Source of the DNA: an uncultured Acidobacteriota bacterium
GTDB taxonomy: Bacteria; Acidobacteriota; Terriglobia; UBA7540
Assembly: GCA_963765485.1 (NCBI GenBank)
Contig: CAVXWN010000025.1
Location: 9,273-73,272, forward strand
Direction of reading: 5' to 3'
DNA: 64,000 nucleotides
A model generated the notes under the pieces. It was not told where the DNA came from. It searched no databases and saw only the letters and a list, made by a program, of their open reading frames with translations. Below are positions 38,565 through 48,508 of this stretch, in pieces. Position numbers and translations under genes: made by a program. The stretch's first letter is position 1; each line of letters opens with the position of its first letter.

Positions 38565-39789
38565 GCCGGCCCCGTGCTTTCCTGTTTCGTTTCGCGTTGG
38601 GCATTGTTCCTCCCGAGAATCACGATAAGCTCACCATCCTTAACACGGGCGCTCAAAGGCTCGCAATGGGCGATTCGCTGCGGCAAAGATACATACCGCT
38701 TAAGTCCTCCCACCCGGATGATGAGTTCGTCCATCTTTTTATGAAGGTCAATATCGTCGCCTGTAACAAAAGGCAATTTGAGGTGAAGCTGGTAGTTGCC
38801 ATTCGCTTTGCGGAAGCGGTAAGGTGACTCGTTGAAAAAGCGTTTGGCGGGGTCCTGGTCGCCATAGAGCGCTTTGCCCATGCCGCCTTAGCCTTTCCAC
38901 ACCCAGAACCTCATCCTCGAACAGGGGAACGCGCCAGACAGGCTACGGGCGCGAAGAACTCCTCCACCGACTGGGTCCAGCGCTCCTGGGTGTCCTTCCA
39001 GGAATTGAAAAACGTATCGCGGACTTTGTCCGGCAGAATCCGGTTCACGATGACGGCATCAATGGTCAAGCCAAACAGGCAGAAATACGTGAAGGCTCGT
39101 TGCGTTTCCTTGAGGACGACCTTCTCCGGGTTGGTGACCAGACGCACCGTGGTTATCTTCGGGTCCGCCATAAGCTGGTCGATCCCGGCCAGCTTGCGAT
39201 GGAGCGATTCCAGGTTCTGGAAATAGTCTTCCTTGGGAATGGGCACCCCGGCCACTGTATTGAGCATGGGGCGCACCATCTTCATCACGCGGCGCTCCAG
39301 CTTGAAGAGCTTGGACATGTACCACTCGAGGGTGGTGGGGATGCTCACGAACCGCAACGATTCGCCGGTGGGAGCGCAATCCAGCAGCATCACGTCGAAA
39401 GCCTTCTCGCGTACGTATTGATTCACGTAAAGCAACGAGCTGACTTCCTCCATACCCGGAAAGATGGCAAGCTCCTCGGCCAATGTCTGCTCGAGCCCGG
39501 AGACGTTCAAAAGGGCTGAAACGTAACCATAAACAGACTCCCAGTGGCGGGAAATCTCCTCCTGGACGTCTACCTCTTGAATCCAGAGGTTTTTGGAAAC
39601 ATTTACGAGCTTTCCGGCCTCGTGGTCCATTAGGCGCTTTTCGAGGTCGAAGGCATCGCTTAAGGAATGGGCCGGATCGATTGACATCACCAGAGTGCGG
39701 TAGCCGCGCCGGGCGAGTTCAAGACCTGTAGCAGCGGAGATGCTGGTCTTGCCTACTCCACCCTTTCCCGTGTATAGAATGATGCGCAT
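38561..39789 (-). pseudogene. ArsA/Get3(TRC40)-family ATPase with C-terminal HSP20-like domain; two +1 shifts as sequenced
   Basis: ATG 39789 gives MRIILYTGKGGVGKTSISAATG (deviant Walker A) followed by MSIDPAHSLSDAF. The frames join at about 38943 (EEFFAPV|PVWRVPLFEDEVLGVERLRR) and about 38882 (|MGKALYGDQDP...). The tail YQLHLKLPFVTGDDIDLHKKMDELIIRVGGLKR is alpha-crystallin-like. Confidence 0.8.
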
Positions 39790-39916
39790 GCCATCCCCTC
39801 TCGGTCTTGCATTACCCCCTGCAATCAGCTTAGCATTCTGGGGTGTTGAGTACAATAAAGGCAGGAGGCTCCAAGCGAGCTTTTCCATTTGGGGGCATGA
39901 ACCCGTGGATCACCTC

Positions 39917-40837
39917 ATGGCGGAACTGGGAAGAGAACATCCATCAATTCGACGCAACCGCGGGGGGCGAGTTTCGAATAGTTTTAAAGTCGCGCTTTTC
40001 CTGTTCATGGCGCCCTCGTTGTTCCCGGCGGAGCAGAAAGTTGACCCGACATGGTTGTACCGCTATGTCCCGGACATCCGAGAGAACCGCGTTGACCTGA
40101 GTACGGACACCTGCCACTACAAGCCAATTTTTGGCGAGGGTGATTCCGTGACTCAAATCGTCAGAAGCGTGGCCCGCTTTGGCGAGGTCACGGTCGACCC
40201 ACGGGGAGGCTGCGCGGACGTCGTCTACGCAAGAGAAGAACAGATTTATGTGATTCTCGAAGGAAGCGGAGTTCTTCAATACGGCGAGGAGAAAGTCCCA
40301 GTTCGGAAGAACGATTTCATGTATCTTCCACCGGGGGTAAAGCACACGATTTCTGATTCTTCAGATAAGCCCTGCCGCCTGATTGTCATGGGATTCAAGA
40401 TCCCGGCTGGAATCGCGATCGCTCCGCCCCAGAAACTCATGCTGGCGAATACGGATGACGTCAAGGAAGGGACAGTTGGAGGGCACCCATCCTCGGTTCT
40501 CTACAAGCTGCTGGTGGGCGATAGGAGTAGCACGCGAGATAGGATTGCTGCTGGCTACGTTGTGACCAGCCTCTTTCTCATGGACTTCGCTCCGGGCGGC
40601 ACGAACTTCCCGCACCATCACGAGTCCGCCGAGGAAATCTATCTCGTACTGGATGGGCAAGGGAAGATGGTCGCAGGAGGAGGGACGGACGGAATCGAAG
40701 GCTTTCATCCTGCCCAGGCAGGGGACGCGTATTTCTTCCGCTTGAATTGCACCGTGGGCTTTTACAACAGCAACGAACCCGGCGCGAAAGCTCACATCCT
40801 GGCTGTTCGGTCGAACTTTCCTTTTGTGAAGGATTAG
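39917..40837 (+). CDS. secreted bicupin protein
   Basis: A signal-like N-terminus (RRNRGGRVSNSFKVALFLFMAPSLFPAEQ) is followed by two cupin motifs: EEQIYVILEGSGVLQYG..PPGVKH, and FPHHHESAEEIYLVLDGQG..GDAYFF. Confidence 0.7.
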   Translation: MAELGREHPSIRRNRGGRVSNSFKVALFLFMAPSLFPAEQKVDPTWLYRYVPDIRENRVDLSTDTCHYKPIFGEGDSVTQIVRSVARFGEVTVDPRGGCADVVYAREEQIYVILEGSGVLQYGEEKVPVRKNDFMYLPPGVKHTISDSSDKPCRLIVMGFKIPAGIAIAPPQKLMLANTDDVKEGTVGGHPSSVLYKLLVGDRSSTRDRIAAGYVVTSLFLMDFAPGGTNFPHHHESAEEIYLVLDGQGKMVAGGGTDGIEGFHPAQAGDAYFFRLNCTVGFYNSNEPGAKAHILAVRSNFPFVKD

Positions 40838-40959
40838 AATTCCATTTGAGCGCAAGACTTTCCGCCGAGGCTCTATGTGCCCAGTGGGGGGTCGGGCCAG
40901 CATTTGCGTATCGCGCTTAAGTCATTTGTCGAGCTTTAGATCATTGATTGGAGAAGACA

Positions 40960-42258
40960 ATGCGCACAATTCCACTTGCATCTGACCGGCGGGCGTTCAT
41001 GAAATGGGCGGCGGCGCTTCCCTTGCTTGGCCAAATTGCCGCTCAGGATCTCCTGGGCAAAGCGAAGGAGGCCATCGGCAAGGAACCCAGGGGGAATGTC
41101 TATGAGCGGTTGGGCGTAAGGACGTTCATCAACTGTCGCGGAACGTGGACTTATCTCAGCGCCTCTCTGGAGCTGCCTGAGGTTCGTGCAGCGCAAGTCG
41201 AAGCCGCAAAGTATTTTGTTAACGTGATTGAGCTACAGCACGCCGTAGGAAAGCGTTTCCACGAGATTACCGGCGCCGAATCGGGCATGGTCACCTCGGG
41301 CGCGGCAGGTGCAATGGCCTCTGCCACCGCAGGCTGCATCGCAGGGACTGAGCCGGCGAAGATCTGGCAACTCCCGGATACCACCGGACTCAAACACGAA
41401 GTCGTGATGGTTGGCGGGCGCAGCGCCTTCGATAGTGCGATACGGCTGGCAGGTGGAAGACTGGTCCTTGTCCACTCGATGGAGGAGTTGCAGAACGCCA
41501 TCAACGAACGTACGGCCATGATCTATACCACCCATTTGGGCGACCCGTTAGCCAAGGAAATTGCCATCGCAAACGCTGCAAAAGTCCCGCTGCTGCTCGA
41601 CGACGCGGCGGGCATTCCTCCCATCGAGAACATAAAACTTTACGCGAAGATGGGCGTTGACCTTTACACCTTCAGCGGCGGCAAAGGGCTAATGGGGCCG
41701 CAATGCAGCGGCCTGCTGCTGGGGCGTAAGGATCTGATCGAGGCAGCGCTCGCCAACACGAGCCCCTACGAAGGCGCCGTGTGCCGGCCGATGAAAGTCG
41801 GCAAAGAAGAGATTATTGGGTGCCTGACCGCCGTGGAAACCTGGCTGAAGATGGATTTGGGGAGTCTGAATCGCCAGTGGGGCGAGCGCGTCAAAAGGAT
41901 CTCGACGCTCGTCGGCACCATCCCTGGGGTGAAGACCGACATTCAAATCCCCAAGGAAGGGAACCGTTACCCTACCTTGACGGTGACCTGGGACGAAAAA
42001 GCGTGGGGATTCACCGTCGCCGACTGCGCTCGAAAGCTGAGTGACGGCAATCCGCGCATCGAAGTCCTGACCAAAGACAATCCCAGCCTGGTCCCTGCGG
42101 TAGTCGAGGGGAATCCGAATAGCAAAGAACCCAAGACCAATGACCAATTGCAGATTGTCTCTATGACGCTACGGCCCGGCGAGGAGATGATCGTGGGCAG
42201 ACGGCTTCGCGAGATTCTAAGCACCGCCAGAAAATCGGCACGTCTCGGTTCATCCTAA
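40960..42258 (+). CDS. SelA-like / DgaE-like PLP-dependent enzyme with a twin-arginine signal
   Basis: ATG 40960 follows GGAGAAG, and SDRRAFMKWAAALPLLG is a Tat consensus. Further motifs are NCRGTWTYLSASL, GMVTSGAAGAM and FSGGKGLMGPQCSGLLLGRKDLI (putative PLP-lysine context). Confidence 0.65.
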   Translation: MRTIPLASDRRAFMKWAAALPLLGQIAAQDLLGKAKEAIGKEPRGNVYERLGVRTFINCRGTWTYLSASLELPEVRAAQVEAAKYFVNVIELQHAVGKRFHEITGAESGMVTSGAAGAMASATAGCIAGTEPAKIWQLPDTTGLKHEVVMVGGRSAFDSAIRLAGGRLVLVHSMEELQNAINERTAMIYTTHLGDPLAKEIAIANAAKVPLLLDDAAGIPPIENIKLYAKMGVDLYTFSGGKGLMGPQCSGLLLGRKDLIEAALANTSPYEGAVCRPMKVGKEEIIGCLTAVETWLKMDLGSLNRQWGERVKRISTLVGTIPGVKTDIQIPKEGNRYPTLTVTWDEKAWGFTVADCARKLSDGNPRIEVLTKDNPSLVPAVVEGNPNSKEPKTNDQLQIVSMTLRPGEEMIVGRRLREILSTARKSARLGSS

Positions 42259-42430
42259 GCGCGGAGAACTTGTTGTCGTTTTTTCCCACTTCGCCGGATG
42301 AGAATACGCCGCGGGATGGAGGTCCGCTCTGAATCGCGTCAGGGGCGACTGTGCCTTCTTATTGGTTTTCGGGCTGCTCGGCTCTACCAAAAAGCCAAGG
42401 GGCTGCATCGACCGAAGCAAGAGAAATGAC

Positions 42431-42459
42431 TTGCGACGCAATGTGCGTTCTGTTATGTT
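42431..42459 (+). promoter_or_regulatory. sigma-70-like promoter placing the transcription start at or next to the ATG of the 42466 ORF (leaderless mRNA)
   Basis: TTGCGA (42431-36), a 17-nt spacer, then TATGTT (42454-59). Only 6 nt separate it from ATG 42466, and there is no Shine-Dalgarno sequence. Confidence 0.4.
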
Positions 42460-42465
42460 ACATCC

Positions 42466-42708
42466 ATGGCGCGTGGTAATTCTGGCCGCATTGTGATCGA
42501 GGTTGATCCGGCGTTTAAGCGCGAGCTGTACGCGGCGCTCGCGATGTCCGGAAGCACCCTAAAGGACTGGTTTGTAAAGGCTGCTTCGTACTATTGCGCC
42601 GACGCGAAGCAGCCCGATCTGTTTGGGCAGGGCTTGGCGCCAGACCGCGCGGATCCGGTCGTGTTGGAGGAGTGTGAGTCGTCTGGCTTAAGCTCGCGCA
42701 AAAGGTAG
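42466..42708 (+). CDS. small RHH-like hypothetical protein
   Basis: 80 aa. RIVIEVDPAFKRELYAALAMSGSTLKDWFVKAA has a strand-helix-helix pattern. It lies directly upstream of a PilZ gene. Confidence 0.45.
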   Translation: MARGNSGRIVIEVDPAFKRELYAALAMSGSTLKDWFVKAASYYCADAKQPDLFGQGLAPDRADPVVLEECESSGLSSRKR

Positions 42709-42735
42709 GAGTGCGGCACTGCGTAGGAGGGAATT

Positions 42736-43092
42736 ATGGCGACAGGTCAAGTTATTCTGGATCGTCGTTCACGACGCCACAAAGTCATGATGCCAATCGC
42801 ACTCGCTGCGAACCCCGAGGGGGAAAGGGCCTTTGTTCCAGCCTCGGCGCTGGACTTCTCCTCAGGCGGCCTCCGAATTCAGACCTCCGTTCGCCTCAGT
42901 ACTGGTGAACTGATCTACGTTCGATTCGAGAATGACCCCACCGACCTCGGGCAATACAAAGTAGTATGGACCAAACCCGGTGGCGGCCTGCGGCCAGGCC
43001 AAGCCGGACTAAGATTTCAGAAACCAGTTCGCAAGACCATGCCGGGACCTATACCCTTGTCGAGCATTGAACCCCTGATTAACGCTGCCTAG
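42736..43092 (+). CDS. single-domain PilZ protein (c-di-GMP receptor type)
   Basis: RRSRRH (RxxxR) and DFSSGG (DxSxxG) occur with correct spacing in a 118-aa protein. Confidence 0.75.
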   Translation: MATGQVILDRRSRRHKVMMPIALAANPEGERAFVPASALDFSSGGLRIQTSVRLSTGELIYVRFENDPTDLGQYKVVWTKPGGGLRPGQAGLRFQKPVRKTMPGPIPLSSIEPLINAA

Positions 43093-43344
43093 GGCCAAAG
43101 CGAGCCTCTGCCATCCAGCTATTCCCGGACTTCCACCTACTACTTCTCGATCAAGTTCGCCGGCTCTTTCCACTCGTGCATTAGCCGGGCCATCTCCCGG
43201 ATACCCTTTTTCTGCTTGAAAGCCGGGGCGCTTGAGGCGCCGTACGCTGAAAACCCGACTCGTGATTGCATTGAGAAGCCGTTAGGCATATGTTATCGGT
43301 CGACCGCGAAGCCATAATGTAAATTCATGCCTTGGTGATGAACC

Positions 43345-45519
43345 ATGAGAAAGCTCTTCTCGTTTTCGGCTGCGAGTTGCGTCTGTCTATTGTTGGCGTT
43401 TTCGGCGGCGCCTTCAGTGCGAGCAGAGATCACGCAGGATCCAGCCCGCAAGCTGTTCATTCTGAGGAGCGGATCTGTCGAATACCGCCTGGCTCAAGAC
43501 AACGGCACGGTTTATCTCGACTACTTTGGGCCGACCAACGCAAAAGCCTGGGAAGTGTCCCCGGCGCAGCAAGGGCCACCGCAGCACTTAGCCGCGCGGT
43601 ATGAGACGAGCGGGCGGGCCGGTGCAGCGGGTCTCTCCGCCGATGACCTCGAATTGGTTCACTTCGAGATCAGCCATCCGCGGGAGGGTGTGGATGAGCT
43701 GAAACTCACACTTCGGCATCGCAGCCTTCCTCTTCAGTTCGCTGTGGTCTATCAGACCATGGGCGCAACTGGCGTGATCACGCGCCAGACCACTGTCCTA
43801 AATAGCGGATCGGCATCGGCTCGCGTTGACTCATTACCTTCGCTCTCGTGGAGCTTGCCACCCGGAGATTACGAGCTGACGTACCTCTGGGGAAACTGGA
43901 GTCGTGAGCGCCAGCAGGGAACCGAAGTTCTGGGACCTGGAAGTCGCGAATTCGTTTCCGCTATCGGGCGAGCAAGTGGCCGGTTTTCGCCGTGGTTCTG
44001 CCTGCGGAATGAGAAGCTCGGTGTTCGTTACCTGGCCCAGCTTGCTTACTCGGGCAACTGGCAGATGAGCTTCGAGCGGACTCCCAGCGGCGGCGCGCTG
44101 GAAGCCGAGGATCTGGCCGTCAACTTGGGCATGCGGTTTGACGCGAACGGTCCTCTAGTGCTGCCGCCTGCCGGTGCGTTCACCAGTCCCATGGTCGCCT
44201 TCACCGCTTCTGCAGGCGACCTCGACGAAACAGCCAATCAGCTACACCGCTTTCAGCACGACTTCGCTTTCGCGCGCACTGCTGCGAACCAACCCCCACT
44301 TGTGCAGTTCAATTCCTGGTACCCCTTCCCGGGTCCTGGAACGGTCGCCGAGATGAAACGATGCGCTGATGTCGCCGCCGACCTCGGCGCCGATGTCTTC
44401 GTTCTCGACGCCTCGTGGTTCTCGACTGATGAAAAGAACTGGTGGTCAAACGTCGGGGACTGGCAGCCCAAGGATTCCTTCCTTCCGAACGGAATCGGAG
44501 AACTCTCAGAATACGTCCATGGCAAGGGCCTCAAGTTTGGGCTATGGGTGGAGATCGAAGCTGCCGGCCTCCATTCCAAAGTTGCGGCGGAGCATCCGGA
44601 CTGGTTTCTCGGACTGGACGGCAAGCCTTACAACATGGGCCGCTACCACTTGAACTTCGCCAAGCCGGAGGTGCGAGCTTGGGCGCGCGCTCACCTGGAC
44701 CGTCTTATCCGCGATTACCGTCTCGATTGGGTAAAGTTCGACTACAACACCGAATTCGGCGAGCGTTTGGATCAGCCTGCCGGCGGACGCCAGGGCACCG
44801 TCCTCCACGATCATCTGGCTGGCTACTATGAGTGGCTGGACGGCCTGCGGATGGCTTATCCGAATCTGGTCATCGAGAACTGCGCCAGCGGCGGCATGCG
44901 ATTCGACCTCGGCATCATGGCGCACACTCACACGACTTGGCTCTCTGACGTTGTCGATCCCAAGGCTTCGGTGCAGTTGGGCTACGGGTGCACCGTCGAA
45001 TTCGCGCCGGAAGTCTGCAACCACTGGATGGTCGGCGACAGTGACACCGGCACTGTCGATCTATCCAAACCATCTGGGTGGTGGGATTTCATGCTGCGCG
45101 TGCCGATGAATGGCCAGTATGGCATCTCCAGCCGCGTGTTTGACTGGAGCCCCGAGTTGAAGCAGCGCGCCAAAGACAATGTCGCCCTTTATAAGCGTTT
45201 ACGCGAAGTCATCGCGGGCGCCGACGTGTATCACCTCACTCCGCCGCCGGACCATGATCGACCGGCGGGGTGGACTGCGCTCCAATACGTGGCGCGTACG
45301 CGGGATCGCAGCGTGGTCATGGCCTACCGTCTGGAAAAAGGAGAGCCAAAGATATCGCTTAGGCTCCGTGGGTTGGAGCCTGCGCGGCGCTACAGAATTC
45401 TCGAAAACGGGCTTCCACGGGGCCTTCTTACGGGAGCACATTTGGCCCAGGACGGCTTGCCGGTTCAGCTAGGGGCGGAGTGGCGTGCGGCAGCTTTCGA
45501 ACTGCGTGCCGTACCGTGA
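43345..45519 (+). CDS. alpha-galactosidase, GH36, Sec signal
   Basis: The signal peptide ends SVRAE. Motifs are FNSWYPF, FVLDASWF, KFGLWVEIE, DWVKFDYN and CASGGMRFD. Confidence 0.82.
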   Translation: MRKLFSFSAASCVCLLLAFSAAPSVRAEITQDPARKLFILRSGSVEYRLAQDNGTVYLDYFGPTNAKAWEVSPAQQGPPQHLAARYETSGRAGAAGLSADDLELVHFEISHPREGVDELKLTLRHRSLPLQFAVVYQTMGATGVITRQTTVLNSGSASARVDSLPSLSWSLPPGDYELTYLWGNWSRERQQGTEVLGPGSREFVSAIGRASGRFSPWFCLRNEKLGVRYLAQLAYSGNWQMSFERTPSGGALEAEDLAVNLGMRFDANGPLVLPPAGAFTSPMVAFTASAGDLDETANQLHRFQHDFAFARTAANQPPLVQFNSWYPFPGPGTVAEMKRCADVAADLGADVFVLDASWFSTDEKNWWSNVGDWQPKDSFLPNGIGELSEYVHGKGLKFGLWVEIEAAGLHSKVAAEHPDWFLGLDGKPYNMGRYHLNFAKPEVRAWARAHLDRLIRDYRLDWVKFDYNTEFGERLDQPAGGRQGTVLHDHLAGYYEWLDGLRMAYPNLVIENCASGGMRFDLGIMAHTHTTWLSDVVDPKASVQLGYGCTVEFAPEVCNHWMVGDSDTGTVDLSKPSGWWDFMLRVPMNGQYGISSRVFDWSPELKQRAKDNVALYKRLREVIAGADVYHLTPPPDHDRPAGWTALQYVARTRDRSVVMAYRLEKGEPKISLRLRGLEPARRYRILENGLPRGLLTGAHLAQDGLPVQLGAEWRAAAFELRAVP

Positions 45520-45641
45520 GCGAGCGTACTCAATCGTAAGAAGCGCCTCCTGCGACGTTTCGGCGATGCAAGAGACCGGAAGGCTGGGCGCGGTTTGCGG
45601 CTGATCTTGGTGTTGGTGGCTTAATGCTTAGGAGAAAACCC

Positions 45642-48508
45642 ATGAGTTCTCGGATGTTGTGCACGGTCCTCTTGCTCGTGGCCACGCTGTTCGCCTGCGG
45701 AAGCACGGCGGCTGCGCAACAAGAGGGAAAAACCCTCTGGCAGCCTTTTTACATCGGGCCCAGAACCGGGCAGCAGCACGTATCCCTGAATGGAGAATGG
45801 GATCTGGGATACCGCGACACACCCATTGGAAGCCTGCAAGACCTCGGGTCACAACCGAAATGGATCCATGCGCAAGTGCCCAGTTCGGTGCAGTGGGCGC
45901 TCTATCGCGCCGGGGAGTTGCCCGATCCTTACTTGCACATGAACGCCAGACAGTACGACTGGGTGGTGGAAAAGGTCTGGTACTACCGCAAGCGTTTTCA
46001 GGTTCCTTCATCAGCGAAAGGCAACTACGTCTTCCTTTGTTTTGACGGCGTCGACTACTACGCAAAGGTCTGGTTAAACGGGCAGGAACTGGGCCGCCAC
46101 GAAGGCATGTTTAGCGGCCCCATGGTGGAGGTAAGTTCTCTGCTCCGTGCCGATGCACCCAATGAAATCATCGTAGAGGTTCGAGCGGCCAACTACGGCG
46201 TGGGAGACAAGTGGAAACCCTGGTCGACAGGAAAGGTGACTGTTCCCTGGGGACTTACTGGAGGGCTAGCTCTTATTACAGGCGGAGGGGGCCGACAGTG
46301 GGGGCCTGACGGTGCGGTGCCCGGGACAGTGGGAGTTGAGGATTACTTCCCGGTGGGGATGTGGCGTGGAGTTCGAATGGAGATCGTTCCACGCATTCAT
46401 TTGGAGCGCCCCTTCCTGGTTACGGAGGAGGCAAGCAGTTCGGTGGCCCGATTGGCGCTGAATGTGGAAGTCCTAGCCAAAGCAACAGGGCTGGACACGA
46501 AACTGAGTGACGAAGTGGGTAGTTTCCGCGACGCTTGGACATCCAAGCCGATTCAAGATCCGCCGACACTTCAGTTCCAGTTGCTAGATAAGGCTAGTTC
46601 TCGGTCGGTCCTAAGCCGGCTTATTCCTCTGCGCCTTTACGAGGGTCGGAATTGGGCAAGGCAGGAAATAAACGTGCCGTCCCCCAAGCTATGGTGGCCC
46701 AATGGCATGGGCGATCCTCACCTTTACATTGCGAGGCTAGCCCTGGTTCAGCAAGGGAAACCCATCGACGCGACAGAGTTCGATTATGGGATCAGAACCA
46801 TTCGCAACGTGACCAGTGCCGCTCCACGCACACAGGACCGCTGGAACGGCTGGCAATTCGTAGTCAACGGTCGCAAGTTCTTCGTAAAGGGAATGGACTG
46901 GTGGACGACCGACATTCTGCTCGATCTGCCCCGAGAACGCTACGAGTGGATTCTGAGGACGGCGCAAGCCGGGGGATCCAGATGATGCGGACCTGGGGTG
47001 GAGGGATTCTTGAGACCGATGACTTCTATGACCTTTGTAACCGGTTGGGAATCATGATCTGGCAGGACTTTCCCATCGGCAACATGGAGACCCCGGAGTG
47101 GCCGCAGGACATTTGGGAGGCGCAAGCGCTACAGAACATCTTTCGGATCAGGAATCATCCATCTCTCGCGGTCTATTGCGGTGGCAACGAGTTCAATCCC
47201 TATGTGTCCGGGAACACCACGGCGTTGGGGATACTCGAGAGATCGCTTCGGGATTTCGATGGTACGCGACTCTTCCTGCGTACTACCCCGGACCCAGGGG
47301 ATATCCACACGTACCCCGACATGGACCCGACCTGGTACAAGCACATTTACTCCCTTGTCCCATATGTAAGTGAAACAGGCCCACATTCGGTGCCCGAAGC
47401 GCGGGAGATCCGCGAGTTCGTTGACGCGCGCGAGTTGGAAGGTCCCTTACGAAATATCAACAGCCAGGAGTTCATGGACTCCCACCCGGAGTTTCTTTAC
47501 CACTACATGGAATACGGTACGGACCGCACTGTGCTCTTGTTGGCGCGGGCATCGCAGATTGACGACATGAGGGCGCCCAGCCTCGAAGAATATTCAGCGG
47601 CCGGGCAAGTCGCGACGGGCGAATTCATCCAGATTGTCTCCGACATCCTACAGGCCAACTATCCCGTTACCACGGGTCTTTCGCCCTGGGTGTATAACAC
47701 ACCCTGGCCGCTCTCCACTTTCTGCATGTTCGTGGACTACGACGGTCAACCTGTAGCCTCCTACTACTTCCTGAAGAGGACTTACGAGCCGACCCATGTG
47801 ATTATCAGGACTCCACAGCTCGTTTGGGGAAAGGGCGAGAAGATTCCTCTCTCCCTCAGCGTGGTTCATGCTCCCCCAACCGGCATTGCGGGACTGACCG
47901 TCTCGCTGGAGGTATTGGACACCCAGTTTCATTCTCTCTGGCGTGGCGAGCACAAAGTGGACGTCAAGCCCGGGCCTTCGGTGACTCCCGTCGAACTCGG
48001 TGAGTTCACCTTGCCGGATCGACTGGAGGAGCATTTCTTCTTCTTGCTTGCAGAATTGAAGCAGGCGGACGGGAAAGTGGTTTCGCGTTCGGTTTACTGG
48101 CCCCGCTGCCTGAAGCTGATGGCTGACCCGGAATACCGGAAGAAGTATCGAGCTAGTCCTCAGCCCTCGCTGACTTTCGAGCACGGACCCTGGCTTAGGA
48201 AAGAGGTAGCGGAGAGCAAGACCAACCTGGAACTGCAACTGGTTTCGCGCCGGGACGAAGAAAAGAACCAGAGCCGTCTCCAGGTGCGCGTGCGAAATGC
48301 AGGTCCTCATCCTGCCTTCTACGCCGAGGTTAATATTGAGGGGACGAAGCGCACTTTCTACGCCGCGGATAACGGCTTCTGGTTGGCCCCGAAGGAAGAA
48401 CGTCTCATAGACATCGGGGTCTTGTGGCGCGACCCGGGGACACGTAACAGAGCGCTGCTAACAATAGGCGCCTGGAATGCCGAAACGAAGTCAGCGGCCA
48501 TAAGGTAA
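45642..48508 (+). pseudogene. GH2 beta-mannosidase-like glycoside hydrolase; frame break in a G-run as sequenced
   Basis: ATG 45642 follows GGAG and gives a signal peptide. Motifs are WWPNGMGDPHLY and MMRTWGGGILETDDFYDLCNRLGIMIWQDFP. The frames join at GGGGG 46971-46975 (..ILRTAQAGG|IQMMRTWGGG..). Confidence 0.8.
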
